In this document: one piece after another, positions 25,739 through 39,340 of the stretch | Position numbering within the stretch: position 1 is the stretch's first letter | How the letters are laid out: the number at the start of each line of letters is the position of its first letter | Assembly (NCBI GenBank): GCA_951406725.2 | Contig: OX597822.1 | Coordinates: 806,001 to 870,000, forward strand | Source of the DNA: Octopus vulgaris | Lineage: Eukaryota | Length of the DNA stretch: 64,000 nucleotides | Direction: 5' to 3' | Position numbers and translations under genes: made by a program | The notes under the pieces: generated by a model | Told to the model about the DNA's origin: nothing | Database searches by the model: none | What the model saw: the letters and a program-made list of their open reading frames with translations, nothing else

Positions 25739-26800
25739 GAATATAATCTTTAGCTTGAAGTGATAACTGCATGATATCCTTATATATTTGTATTAGTTCA
25801 TCCATGAAGAATGAGGTAGAAAAAAGAAGTATGATAATCGTGGAGTTTGCATATTAAGATGCGTTTTGAATTTTTCAATAAAAAGTTTCTCCTTGTTAAT
25901 TCTTTCTTGTGTAGTGATTCCGTCTTTACATTGGTAGAAGGGGAATATGTAAAATTTGGGATTTTTGTCTTTAGCGCACGATCTATGTGGCTACTTAGTG
26001 GAATTTGACGGTATTCTGGGAGATTTATTTGTTCTTTATGGACCGCTACTCTTTTACGTAAAGGGAGGCTCGTTTGTCCAACATAATTATGTTGGCAACC
26101 GGCGCATGTGAGAACGTAGATAAGGTTCTCGGAGGAACAGGAAAAGTTGGTCTTGATTTTAAACTTTGTTCCTTGTTTGAAAATAAATTCAGAGCCTTCA
26201 AGTAGGAAGGGGCAGGTGCCACAGTTTGGGCGTGCACATTTTTTAACTGGTGGGGGTGTTGGGTGGTTTTCAGTGTATTGTTGTCTAGTTCTTTGGCACG
26301 TTTTATTCCATACTCTGTAAAAGTGGGGGGATATTGGCGTTGTAATAGTCCTTTTTTGAGGTCTTGAAGGCGTATTTCTCGAGATTTTGGATCCGAGACA
26401 ATGGTGCAAACTCTTTTAGCTAAGTTGAAAGGGATATTTATCTTGGTGTGTTTTGGGTGGCATGAGCTAAAGAGGAGGTAGTGTTGTGAGTCTGTAGGTT
26501 TGTGGTAGATGTCTGTTATGATTTGGTTGTTAGGTGTTTTTATAATTAGGAGATCAGGGAAAGGGAGATGATGTTTGCTGAATTCCAGAGTGAATTGGAT
26601 GTTGGGATGTACGTTGTTTAGTATGGTTTTGAATTCCAGAAGCTTTTCATAAGGTTCTTTCCATATGATGAAACAATCATCCAAATACCCTTTCCCGTTT
26701 GAATTAGGTGCATATTTTGCCATAAAAGGAAAATGTTACTATCGATCTATTTTATTCAGGGTAGGCACTGATTACCTTGCCATCGCAGGCGGCATGTTCC
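25020..26800 (-). mobile_element. Penelope-like retroelement (Neptune-like), 5'-truncated, with 3' pseudo-LTR
   Basis: RT C-terminus (YLDDCFIIW, LPFPDL, IYHKPTDSQHYL, SCHP), Cys linker KCARPNCGTC and GIY-YIG nuclease (NLIYVLTCAGCQHNYVGQT) across frameshifts. Confidence 0.92.
25850..26690 (-). pseudogene. PLE RT-thumb + GIY-YIG endonuclease pseudogene
   Basis: ORFs 26046..26723 and 25798..26409 are consecutive frameshifted pieces of one polyprotein. Confidence 0.9.
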
Positions 26801-27469
26801 TGATATATATATACATGTGTGCATGTGTGTGTGCATGTGTCTGTATATGCGTGTGTGTGTGTGCATGTGTCTGTGTATGCACGAACGCGCGTGTGGTGTG
26901 TAACCCGATTCTCCATTTGCAGGATGAGCTTGAGAGGAAGTCTGAGTAAAGTCGACTCAACATGTCTACTACAGTTCATTCTACACACGGAGGAAACAAC
27001 ATGGATAAACTTACTTTAAATACTAGAAGTCATTGGTGCTGAAAATCTTCATTTGCATATTATAACTATTCACTTTTTATACAGTATGAGTATTTGTATG
27101 CGGAGAAATTGCGAATAAGTAGACATGCGCACTTCTAATTATCCCAAGTCTTCTTACTCACACTTGAAGTGAAATAGTTTCGAAACTCTTTATAAAAAGA
27201 CGACGGGTAAGATAAACGGAGTAGTTCGAGATTTCGCCCACAAAAAGACCAGTAATTAGAACATGGAATCGGTTTACGTTGCTAGATTTAATATAGGATT
27301 TCCTCATTTAAAATTATTACTTTTCTTATTCACTCTGCGTGGCTCGTATTAAAGCGTACTGGGTCTTACTTTGGGGGCTGTGGAGTCGGATCTCATTTTC
27401 AGTTTGGAATACTAAGCTAGCCAGATTCTTGAATTTGTATTAATGAGGGGATAGTCAGAATTATAATTA

Positions 27470-27672
<203 letters not shown>

Positions 27673-28264
27673 GTCTGTCTATCTATCTGCCTATCTACAC
27701 ATAGACATCAAAAAGAATAGAAAAAGCAGAACCAAATCCACTTATACACAGACACGCACACACAGCCCCTCCTTCTCTTTCCTTCATGCCAAAATATGGA
27801 TGATGTGGCTATCAAAGGTTATTTAGAGCCAGTTTTTGCTGGACGTCACAACATCTCTGGATAACAATGATGAAGTGACTTTTAAAAGGGAGGCAATTGT
27901 ACGCTTCTGTCACTATTTAAGCTCATTCCCAACAGACGGCATTTTTGGGAAAAGTTTTACAGATGAGAAAAAAATAGCATGTACTTTAGAACAAAAACAA
28001 TACCAACCACAAGAGCAACAATAAGAACAACAACAACAACAACGAAAGCTTCCTATCTGCTTCATTTCTGCTTTTTATTGCTATGGCTTCTGTCTATTCT
28101 TCCCCCTTCTCCTCCACTTCATCATCGTTATCATCATCACTGTCATCATCATAGTCATCGTTGTTGTTGTTATTGTTGTTGTTGATGTTATTAATAAGAG
28201 TATGCTATGTAGTAATAGCAACAGCAGTAGTAGTTATTGTTGTAGTTGTAACAGTAGGAGTAAC

Positions 28265-28435
28265 AGGCGCAGGAGTGGCTGTGTGATAAGTAGCTTGCTT
28301 ACCAACCACATGGTTCCGGGTTCAGTCCCACTGCGTGTCACCTTGGAGAAGTGTCTTCTACTACAGGCTCGGGCCGACCAAAGCCTTGTAAGTGGATTTG
28401 GTAGACGGAAACTGAAAGAAGCTCGTCGTATATAA

Positions 28436-28492
<57 letters not shown>

Positions 28493-28710
28493 CACACATG
28501 TTTGTGTGTCTATGTTTGTCACCCTAACATCGCTTGACAACCGATGCTGGTGTGTTTACGTCCCGTAACTTAACGGTTTGGCAAAAGAGACCGATAAAAT
28601 AAGTACTAGGCTTACAAAGAATAAGTCCTGGGGTCCATTTGCTCGACTGAAAAGCGGTGCTCCAGCATGACCCCAGTCAAATGACTGAAACGAGTAAAAG
28701 AGTAAAGAGT
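28265..28710 (+). mobile_element. tRNA-derived CORE-type SINE (OR2-like) with internal (TA)n
   Basis: Head GGCGCAGGAGTGGCTGTGTG.TAAG...GGGTTCAGTCCC, CORE-like CCTTGG.CAAGTGTCTT, tail GTCAAATGACTGAAAC-(GAGTAAA)n. Confidence 0.85.
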
Positions 28711-28744
28711 AAAAGAGTAGCAGGAGTAATGCTCTTTTAATACG

Positions 28745-29540
28745 AGCGGCGCTGGCAGAATCGTTACGGCTCGGGACAAAATACTTAACACTATATCTTC
28801 CGCCCCTTGATTCTGTGTTCAAATGACGCCGTGGTCGATTTTACTTTTCATCCTTCCGGGATCGATGAAATAAGTACCATACAAGAACTGGAGCCCATGT
28901 AATCGACTGCCCCACCTCATCCAAAATTTCAGGTCTTGTGCCTGTAGTAAAAAGTATCATTATTATTAAGGCGGCGAGGAGGTAGAAATGCTTAGCGGTA
29001 TTTCGTCTGCCGTTACGTTCAGAGTTCAAATTCCGCCGAGGCCGACTTTGCCTTTCATCCTTTCGGGGTCGATTAAATAAGTACCAGTTACGCACTGGGG
29101 TCGATGTAATCGGTTTAATCCGTGTGTCTGTCCTTGTTTGTCCCATCTGTGTTTAGCCCCTTGTGGGTAGTAAAGAAATAGGTATTTCGTCTGCCGTTAC
29201 GTTCTGATTCACATTCCGCCGAGGTCGACTTTGCCTTTCATCTTCTCGGAGTCGATTAAATAAGCACCATTTACGCACTGGGGTCGATATAATCGACTTA
29301 ATCCATTTGTCTGTCCTTGTTTGCCCTCTCTGTGTTTATCCCCTTGTGGGTAGTAAAGAAATAGGTATTTCGCCCGTCGCTACGTTCTCAGTTCAAATTT
29401 CGCCGAGGTCGACTTTGCCTTTCATCCTTTCGGGGTCGATAAAATAAATAATAGTTCACCACTGTGATCAATGTAATCGACGTAGCCCCTCCCCCGAACC
29501 TGCTGGCTTTGCTGGCCTTGTGCCAAAATTTGAAGCCATT
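28745..29540 (+). mobile_element. OK-like SINE monomer followed by a trimer
   Basis: Cores start at 28999, 29183 and 29366 (period 183-184 nt), joined by AAGAAATAGG|TATTTCG. Confidence 0.9.
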
Positions 29541-30414
29541 ATTATTTTGCAATTGAGAAATGAAATTTGTAAACCTTTTGATAATTTGAAGATTTGCCAG
29601 AGATTACTAGCGTGGTCATTAGCATAATAATTACCGTCATCATCATCATCATCATTGGCGGTAAATGCTTTAATCATTACCCCATTAGTGTTCTTGTCAG
29701 CATTTGTCTTCATTGCATAACGAGAGCAACAACTCTTGTGTATTACGCATGTGCAGCAGTTTGCTGTGTTTCTTCCTATTTTATTTATAATGAGAGTCTG
29801 TTACGTAATATTACATTTTACACATTATGTTTAAGCTCTAGTACACTCTATTTAACATACAGTTGTTAGCTGAGATGTTTTCTGCATGCTCAGTATCTGT
29901 GTAACTCCTGATTACTTTAAGCGATTTGTATGCTTTAAGCAAAGTGTATATCTAATGTATCTAGTATTGTTTTTCTAGCATGTTTTGTGTGTGTGTCTGT
30001 ATAATGAGATTAGGAGAAATCCATCTCCTAATACTGTGTGAGTGTGTGTATAAAATGCATCTTCTTTTCAACAGGCTCACTGGCTAATCGTGACAAATTG
30101 CCTATGTATCACTAGGTGGTGAGAGGTGAGTCGCTGCTGTCTCCAGCGGTCGAGCGTCCATCACAGTTCTCAATATTCCAACAGCTGGTTTGACAGGTGT
30201 CCAAATCAAGGAAGGTCGAATTTACGTAATCTGGTGGTCCTGGCACTGGAGTTGATGGGAATTTATCCCCCCATTAGCAGTATAAGCAAGTGTAGACGTT
30301 CTGTAGAAAACAAATCCAGTCGGTAGATAGCATGAAAGAAACTATCCTATTGGCTTTTGATGCAAAATGCTCGCTTGTTTGTATTACATGGTTTAAGCCT
30401 TAAGAGTGAAATTT

Positions 30415-30714
30415 CCAGTTCCTTCTCGAGCCATGCCTGGCTCATAAGGGCCAGTTTCCCGGTTTCTTGGCGTATAGGCTCCTCACCTGGACGGGACGCC
30501 GGTCCGTCGCAGGTGAGCCGCAAGATGCAGGAGGAAAGAGTGAGAGAAAATTGTGGCGAAAGAGTCAGCAGAAGTTTCGCCATTACCTCCTGCCGGAGCT
30601 GCGTGGAGCTTAGGCGTTTCGCTCATAAACACATATATCGCCCGGTCTGAGATTCGAACCCGCGATCCCTCGAACGCGATTCCGCTGCTCTAACAACTAG
30701 GCCATGTGCCTCCA
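30415..30714 (-). mobile_element. tRNA-derived SINE, third family (OR1-like)
   Basis: Minus head GGAGGCACATGGCCTAGTTGTTAGAGCAGCGG...GGGTTCGAATCTC with clear A and B boxes; related to 55735-56022 and 63190-63385. Confidence 0.85.
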
Positions 30715-31369
30715 CATGAATGAAATTTGGTAACCAGAGACGGTTTGAAAGTCTCTCACAGTTTCCAATGTTCCAACACCTGGCTTAACACTACATTTGG
30801 CCCGTGGAGGAATTTAGCAGAATCCAGTTTGTTACACGGATTAGGATCAGAGCTCTGGTCTAGATATAACATATTCCCTTCTTACACCATCTGCAGTGAT
30901 CCTAAATAAGCTCTTGGATGCTGCCTTTTCTTTTATGCCTACGCAAAAATATGTGAAATAAATTATAAAAAAGAATGAAATATAATTTTTGAAGAAACAT
31001 GATATTTTAAATGAGACTCACCATTTAAAACCACTTCAGTTACATCCGGTAATGACCCTGACGTATATTCAAACATCTAATTAAACACTACTTATAAATC
31101 TCAGACTTTATTACTACCTAAGAAATTATCTTAATAATATCATTAATTATTTAGATTCATTTGACTAGTTTTGGCCGTCAAGCTTTCGCTGTGTATTGTG
31201 AACTGAACTTTGTTGACCTATTTGACTCTATTGATTCTGTCCAATAACAGTGACTTTATTAATATTACAGTAATTTTAATCAGAAATTTCTCTGTATAAA
31301 GAGTAGCTACGCATGTTCGGATGAAACAAATACCTCCTTTCGAATTCATCTGATTTTAGAGCACTAAGA

Positions 31370-31515
31370 ATGTGATAAGAATCTTGCTTTCCAACCACAT
31401 GGTTCCGGGTTAAGTTGAACTGCGTGGCACCTTGGGCAAGTGTCTTCTGCAATAGCCTCGGACCGACCAAAGCCTTGTGAGTGGATTTGGAAGACGGAAA
31501 CTGAAATAAGCTCTG

Positions 31516-31561
<46 letters not shown>

Positions 31562-31795
31562 GCGTACGTGTGCGCGTGTATGTGCCTGTGTGTGTATGTT
31601 TGAGTCTGTTTGTCCCCTCATCATCACTTGACAACCGATGTTGGTGTGTTTACGTCCTCGTAACTAAGCGGTTCGGCAAGAGAGCGATACAACAAGTACT
31701 AGGCTTACAAAGAATATATCCAGGAGTTGATTTCTTCGACTAAAAGGCGGAGCTCGTGCATGGCCGCACTCAAATGACTGAAACAAATAAAAAAA
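31370..31795 (+). mobile_element. CORE-type SINE (OR2-like) with internal (TG)n
   Basis: Homologous to 28265-28710. Confidence 0.85.
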
Positions 31796-32496
31796 TAAAG
31801 TAATAAAAAAATATATATATTCAGCAGAAGCAACAGAGTGACTCAAGGTCCGAGAGTTTCGTGTGCTGGCACTTACACACGAAACTCTCGGAGCTTGAGT
31901 CCCTCTGATGCTTCTACTAAACATTAATAAAAAATATATAATACATATACTCATATTTTGAGTTCTATTTTCCTGTTTGTACCAACACACCTATATGTGT
32001 GTGTGTATGTGCGTGCGTGTGTGTGGGGTAACGAATCAAAGGGGAAGCTACTATATGGTCGCTCGATCTTCTAGAAAGAGCTCCCGATTTGAGCTAGGAA
32101 TGTAAAGAGCCAAACATTAAATCTACAAAATGTGTTGTCTGAAATGCAACGGATTCTGACATCCATCACTTTTTATATAAATCGCAAGGTATATAAATGT
32201 TTAAACCAGTCTTAGTATATTACACATGATAATTTGTTGCTGAGATATGCAATAATAACATCGATATAGTACACAGCTGAATTTGAGCCTAGAATTAGAG
32301 GGACACAACAAAGATTCTAAAAGGATTTTACTCAGCACTCAACCGTCCCTTCCACTTGTCTCCTCGTAATTATTATAAGGATTTCTCAGAAAGACCCTGA
32401 ACTATAGAGAGGAAGGTGTATTGTCAATTAAATAACGAATCCAGTACTGTAGGATAACAGCAAAGATGGCTGCAAAAATAAAATAACAAGCAAAAC

Positions 32497-32549
<53 letters not shown>

Positions 32550-33527
32550 TAAAAAAGAAAAAATTCCAATTAATTATGTGGTAATACATCAGCCATGCCG
32601 CAAGAAGGGTGAAACAGTCGGAACAGTTGAAGAAGTAAAAGAGAACAAAATCACAAAAATAAAGTGATCTTTTCTTTAACGGAAAGGATTTTTCAATGTG
32701 AATTTCTACGCAATTACATTTCTGCTCGTCTCTTGTACCACTAACAAATTTTCAGGATTAAACCAGTTACAACTACAAGAACCACGAACAAATTGTAAAT
32801 CTCGTGTAAATGGTTGGCTTAGAATCTATGACAGCTGAATGGAGGGCTTATTGTAAATATTACAGGGTTTCTCCAAAGTTGAAACAACAAAAATAAAATA
32901 GAATATAATATATTAGGCAAGTATGTCAAAGTTGTCTAGAAATTAAGCAAGTTAAAGATACAGAGTATTAAGGAGATCGGAGAAAGAGAAGGCAATGTAA
33001 TAGGTGGCGAAATAAAGAGACGTTAGAGTGTCGGAGGGAATATTTCGCGTTATTTGTTCTGATACTCCCGGTTCTGAGTTCAATTCCGGACGAAGTCAAG
33101 TTTGACTTTCCTTCTCTTGGAGTTAATAAAAACGTACAAATCCAGAGTGGTGGGGATGGTAAAACTGAAAGAAATTCAGATTTGATGTATTGTAGCATTT
33201 GTTCCGGCTCTTTTCATTCTGAGTTCAAACACTGTAATGGATTGACTTCGATTGGTTATGGTGGTTTAACAGAAACATCTGACACCCAGAATACCTTTAG
33301 CAGAGACCACTGTGTTCTTAGTATTAGAGAGAATGGTGCATGTATCGTGTTTAAGAATACCTTCTCTCTCAGAAAACTCGGCGGTCCTGTGAGGGGTCGT
33401 ATGCAACCCTGACTAAAAAAAACAAAACAACAAAAACTGAAGCAAAATCAAAATTAGAACTTGAATATTGTTGTAAATATTGTCTTGACAGAATAAACAA
33501 ATAGTATAAAATATTCTTAAACAGAAA

Positions 33528-33780
33528 GGCGGCGAGCTGGCAGAAACGTTAGCACGCGGGGCGAAATGATTAGCAGTATTTCGTCTGCCGATACGTTCTG
33601 AGTTCAAATTCTGCCGAGGTCGACTTTGCCTTTCATCCTTTTGGGGTCGATTAAATAAGTACCAGTTACTCACTGGGGTCGATGTAATCGACTTAATCTG
33701 TGTGTCTATTTCATCTGCCTTTCATCCTCCTTCGGCACCCTCCCCAAAATTCGGGCCTTGTGTCTAGAGTAGAAAAGAAT
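33528..33780 (+). mobile_element. OK-like SINE
   Basis: Full head, core and tail B. Confidence 0.88.
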
Positions 33781-33913
33781 ATTCCTAAATAGAGGAGAAC
33801 ATATGGACATAAAATGAACGAAAGTGCTCGATAAAAATAATTTAGAGTATAAGTTTTATATATGTTTCAAATATAGACTAAATGGGACATATCTAGTAGG
33901 AAATGAACAGCCT

Positions 33914-34095
33914 ATTACGAAGAGGTGCTGAAAATCTCCTGGCTTTAAAGATATAGTAAAAGGCTTCCGAGTTCTTTTACAGGGCTTACAAAACCTAAAG
34001 GCTCGCTGCAATAAGTGTATTATCTGAGATGAGAATATGTTGAATAAAATCCTAATTAACTGATTCCCCTGAATTCTCTTTTACTCCAAACCAGG
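33914..34095 (+). mobile_element. Mariner-derived MITE remnant
   Basis: Begins TACGAAGAGGTGCTGAAAA.TCCTGGCTT; retains transposase C-terminal RCNKCI...EYVE-stop. Confidence 0.55.
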
Positions 34096-35379
34096 TTGAC
34101 CCCAGAACGATGAGAATCAGAAACAACCTTAGCAGGGTTTTGAACTCACAAATTAAAGGTAATTAAAAACAGCGATTTGTTATCTAGGCACAGAGCTTCA
34201 GTTTTGTCGTGTAGAGTGGTGGTTGATTATATCATTTCCAAAGGCAGCGAGCTGGCAGAATCGTTACTGCACCGGACAAAATGTTTAGCGACATTTGGTC
34301 CGTCTCCACGTTCTGAATTCAAATTCCACCGAGCTAGACTTTGCCCTTTATCCTTTCAGAATCGATAAAGCAAGTACTGGAGTCGGTGTGATCGTCTAAG
34401 CCCCTACAGCCAAAATTCTGGCCTTGTGACTGTATTAGAAAGGATTATATCAATCTTGGTTCGTGATCGGCATTTAATTGCTAAGCTGATCTCGGTGGAT
34501 TTTGAATTCAGAACGTAAAAAGCTGGAAAAGTATTGTCAGGCCGGCATCTTAAGCATCGATGCCAGAAATAATATTTGATTACAGCAGGGATACCAATGT
34601 GACATCAGAAATAATATATAAAGCACAACAGAGTATGGACGGGAGACGGGAAACAATGTATGGGATATAACTACTGTAGGTACTATAAAGAGTATTACTG
34701 TGATGCCAGAGACAACATGACTACAGTAGGAATCACTGAGAAGTATCATCGCGACCTGTTAAAAATAGCACTCAAATCCCTCTCTACTTTCATAATTTGA
34801 TTTTAAAAATGGTCATACTGGGAGATGTGTTCTTAGGTAAAAAAAAAAAAGGTTACAGCATTTAAGGGATGGTCACGGCTAGAATGCATTTGATTATGGA
34901 CCGGATATTTTCTGTTGCTGCCATAGATTTCTATATATTTTAAAAATCTTGTTTCAATTATTTTCAAATTTAGTTTTCTGATGTAGTTTTATATGTTAAG
35001 ATTGAAAATAAAACGCATTTTTGTCATGGAATAATGAAGAATAATAAGTTGATAGCTTTTGAAGTTAGCAAATTTTGGGTAATTTTAACCAATCGAAAGT
35101 CACAGACTCATTGGTGCTTGTTTCCATAGTAACAATCCAAGCTGTAATCTGCTTAAAACTACCACAACGTGTATTTTCTTTACCTGCAAGTATATTATGG
35201 TTTCAATCCAAAAGAACAAAATTTCAGTGGATTGATGTCATTTAGATAAGAACTCCAGAAAACTGCTTTTAGTCTTCCGAATTTACTGGGATAGTGATAG
35301 AATATATAAAGCTGGAACTAATTCTGAGAACCTGTTTCAATTACAAATTTTAATTTACCCAAACAGATTTTTTAAATTG

Positions 35380-36770
35380 ATTTCAAATTTTTGCACAAGA
35401 CCAGCAATTTCGTGGTGGTGGTGGTGGTGGGGTTATAACTCGATTACATCGACCCCAATACTCAGCTGAGACTTATTTTATCGACACCGAAAGAATGTAA
35501 GGAAAAGTCAATCTCAGCGGAATTTGAATTCAGAACGAAAAGATAGACGAAAATACCGCTTAGCATTTTGGCCTGCATGCTAACGCTTTTTATTTCTTTA
35601 TTTCTCGCAAGGGGCTAAATACAGAGGGGACAAACAATGACAAACAAATGGATTAAGTCGATTAGATCGACCCCAGTGCGTAACTGGTACTTAATTTATC
35701 GACTATGAAAGGATGAAAGTCGACCTCGGCGGAATTTGAACTTAGAACGTAACGGTAGACGAAATACCTATTTCTTTACTACCCACAAGGGGCTAAATAT
35801 AGAGGGGACAAACAAGGATAGACATAGGTATTAAGTCGATTACATCGACCCCAGTGCGTAACTGGTACTTAATTTATCAACCCCGATAGGATGAAAGGCA
35901 AAGTCGAGCTCAGCGGAATTTGAACTCAGAACGTATCGACAGACGAAATACTGCTAAGCATTTCGCCCGGTGTGCTAACGTTTCTGCCAGTTCGCCGCCT
36001 TTGAATACCTATTTCTTAACTACCCACAAGGGGCTACACACAGAGGGGAGAAACAACGACAGACAAACGGATTAAGTCAATAAGATCGACCCCAGTGCGT
36101 AACTGGTACTTAATTTATCGACCCCGAAAGGATGAAAGGCAAAGTCGACCTCGGCGGAATTTGAACTCAGAACGTAACGGTAGACGAAATAACGCTAAGC
36201 ATTTCGCCCGGCGCGCTAACGTTTCTGCCAGCTCGTTGCCCTACTTATATCAGTTTCACTTATATCAGTTTCAAATTTTGGCACAAGGCCAGCAATTTTG
36301 GGGATGGGTCAAATCGATTAAATCGATTTCAGTCCTCAGCTGGTACTTATTTTATCGACCGCGAAAAAATGAAAGGGAAAGTCAACTTCGGGGGATTTGA
36401 ACAAAATGAAAATTTTCCCTGCTTGGTTACGATTCTACCTGCTCGCTGCCCTAAACTGACTCGTAATATCAGTTTCAAATTTTGACACAAGGCTAGCAAT
36501 TTCGGCGGAGGATGGTGGTGATCGACCACAGTATTCAACTGGTAAATATTTTGTCGACCGTGAAAAGATGAAAGGAAAAGTCACCCTCGGCGGAATTTGC
36601 ACTAAGAACGAAATGACGGACGAAAATTCCGCTTAGCATTTTGCTAACGATTCTGGCAGCTCGCGGCGCCTAAACTGACTTGAAATATCAGCTTCAAACT
36701 TTGATACAAGGCCAGCAGTTTTGTGGGAAGGGTAAATCGATTACATCGATTTCAGTACTCGACTGGTAAG
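35380..36770 (-). mobile_element. Long array of OK-like SINE copies and multimers
   Basis: At least six cores; multimer junction GAAATACCTATTTC at 35761. Confidence 0.9.
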
Positions 36771-36772
36771 TA

Positions 36773-37332
36773 TTGGGTTGTCCAGAAAGTTCTTGCCGAT
36801 TTATAGTAGCTTAACTTTCGACTTATTTTAGAAGATGGTGGAGTCCATAAAATACGATTTGACTACACCTCCATTTAGAGCACACTTTAAGATATCTTTT
36901 CGTGGAAGAAGATTTATGTCCCTATAACCCGTGTTAATTCTGTAACCCTTTAAAATGGAAGATAAGAAAGTTCATTTTCGGTACTTGATGCTTTGGGAAC
37001 CAGACAAAAATTGCTGCATCTCGGTTGGGATGTGTTACCCTACCCTCCATATTCACCAGATATTGCTCCTTCGGATTTCCACTTATTCAGGTCTCTGCAG
37101 AATAGTCTTAATGATAAAAATTCCTTGGATGACATAAAAAGATAACCTGATGAATTCTTTGCGATGAAACCACCTCAATTCTGGGAAGAGGATATTTTCA
37201 AGTTAAAGGAAAGATAGAGACGCATTGTGCAACAAAATGGTTCATATTTGGTTCATTCAAAATGTAATGGCAAGTATCTATTGACCTTTTTCTTTTCTTT
37301 AAACATCGGCACGAACTTTCCGGACAACCCAA
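36773..37332 (+). mobile_element. Internally deleted mariner (second family) nested in a SINE
   Basis: TA TSD; TIRs TTGGGTTGTCC.GAAAGTTC.TGCCGAT; MEDKKVHFR start and YSPDIAPSDFHLFRSLQN remnant; the SINE resumes at 37333. Confidence 0.92.
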
Positions 37333-37675
37333 TATTTTATCGTCTCCGCGAAAGGACGAAAGGGAAAATCGACCTGGACGGAGTTTGAGTTCAGAACGTG
37401 AGACGGAGGAAAATGTCGCTTCAGTATTTTGTCCGTCGCGCTAACGTGTCTGCTAGCTCACCGTATTAATATCGACATGCTGTTTTTTTCATTTTTTTTT
37501 TATAAACAAACATTTTCTGCCAATGTCAGGATCATGCAACAAGTCGTTATAAGTGAAATTGTTCTGCGAGTTGGGTGTCATAGCTATAGCAGTGAAACAA
37601 GTAGAAACAGTAGTAGTAGTAGTAGTAGTGGTGGTGGTGGTAGTAGTAGTAGTAGTGGTGGTTGTGGTAGTAGTG

Positions 37676-37707
<32 letters not shown>

Positions 37708-37762
37708 TGGAGGAGGAGGAGGAGGAGTAATAGATAACACCGTAGTAATAAGCTGTGCTATT

Positions 37763-38600
37763 AAGGCGGCGAGCTGGCAGAAACGTTAGCACGCCGGGCG
37801 AAATGCGTAGTCGTATTTCGTCTGCCGTTACATTCTGAGTTCAAATTCCGCCGAGGTCGACTTTGCCTTTCGTCCTTTCGGGGTCGATAAATTAAGTACT
37901 AGTTACGCACTGGGTTCGATGTAATCGACTTAATCCGTTTGTTTGTCCTCGTTTGTCCTCTCTGTGTTTAGCCCCTTGTGGGTAGTAAAGAAATAGGTAT
38001 TTCGTCTACCGCTACATTCCAAGTTCAAATTCCGCCGAGGTCGACTTTGTCTTTCATCCTTTCGGGGTCGATAAATTAAGTAGCAGTTTAGCACTGGGGT
38101 CAATGTAATCGGCTAGTCCCTTGCCCACAGATTTCAGGCCTTGTGCCTATAATGGAAAGGAGATTCATTAGAACGCCGGGAAAAACGCTTAGCAACATTT
38201 TTTCTCCAATCTTTATGTTCTGAGTTCAATTTCCTCCGTGGCTGAGTTTGCCTTTCATTCTTTCGGGATCTATAAAATACGCACCAGTTAAGCACTGAGG
38301 TCGATGTAATCCACTTACTCCAACCCCTCGAGACTGCTGGCCTTATGCCAACATTTGAAACCAATATGTAACACAAACGCAAGGCTGCGTGATGGCTGGA
38401 TCGTTAGTACGCCAGGCAAAATGCTTAGAGCCACTTTCGCCCGTCTTCGTGTTCTGAGTTCAAATTCTGCTGTGGTCGACTTTGCCTTTCATCCTTCCGT
38501 GGTCGACAAGATATATACTAGTTGAGCACTGGGGTCAATGTAATTGACTTACCCCCACCTCCTCCCAATTGGTAGCCTTGTGCCATAATTTGAACCCAAT
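37763..38600 (+). mobile_element. OK-like SINE dimer plus older copies
   Basis: Head at 37763, junction AAGAAATAGGTATTTCG at 37988-38004. Confidence 0.9.
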
Positions 38601-38613
38601 AATTTTAATGTAT

Positions 38614-39097
38614 ACGCAGGAGTGGCTGTGTGGTAAGAAGCTTGCTTCCCACCCACATGGCGCCGTTTCAGTTCCACTGCGTGGTGTCTTGGACAAGTGT
38701 CTTCTACTAAAGCATCGGGCCAACCAGGGCTTTGTGAGTGGATTTGGTAGACAAAAACTGAAAGAAGCCCTTCGTATATATAACTTAGAAAGGTTTGGCT
38801 AGTATTGGCCCAGGCCATGTCTAACTTATATATATATATATATATATATATTTGTGAAATAGAAAGATGAATAATCTTGTTGCAGATTAATCAAAAGTTT
38901 AACCGATACCTTGGTAGCAAAAATCACAGCAGAAGACAGCACGGTTGGAGGTACAACCATATGGTGTTGCAACCATGCGTTGGTGCGGATAATTGAATTA
39001 ATCGGAATTTGGTAAATTGTGGCTTTCGAAACACGTGTAGAATGCAATAAAACGATTTCTGTTCAATCTTCGCTCAACTCCATTTCTTCAATTCACT

Positions 39098-39143
<46 letters not shown>

Positions 39144-39340
39144 GTGTCTGCGTTTATCCCTCCACCATCGCTTGACAACCGATGCTGGTGTGTTTACGTC
39201 CTCGCAACTTAGCGGTTCGGTGAAAGTGACCAATAGAATAAGTGCTAGGCTTACAAAGAATAAGTCCTGGGTCAATTTATTCGATTAAAGGCGGTGCTCC
39301 AGCATGGCTGCAGTCAAATGCCTGAAACAAGTAAAATATT
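38614..39340 (+). mobile_element. CORE-type SINE interrupted in its (TA)n linker
   Basis: 5' half 38614-38780, 3' half 39140-39340. Confidence 0.8.
38853..39098 (+). mobile_element. Possible solo LTR inserted into (TA)n
   Basis: ~245 bp starting TGTGAA, ending TTCAC, with AATAAA ~50 nt before the end and TA arrays on both sides. Confidence 0.35.

Noticed and set aside
26923-26949. Terminal micro-exon DELERKSE-stop after TTTGCAG
   Set aside because: Too short to distinguish from chance; no linked upstream exon
30075-30125. 51-nt plus-strand exon with good splice signals
   Set aside because: Stops in all three frames; could only be non-coding and has no other support
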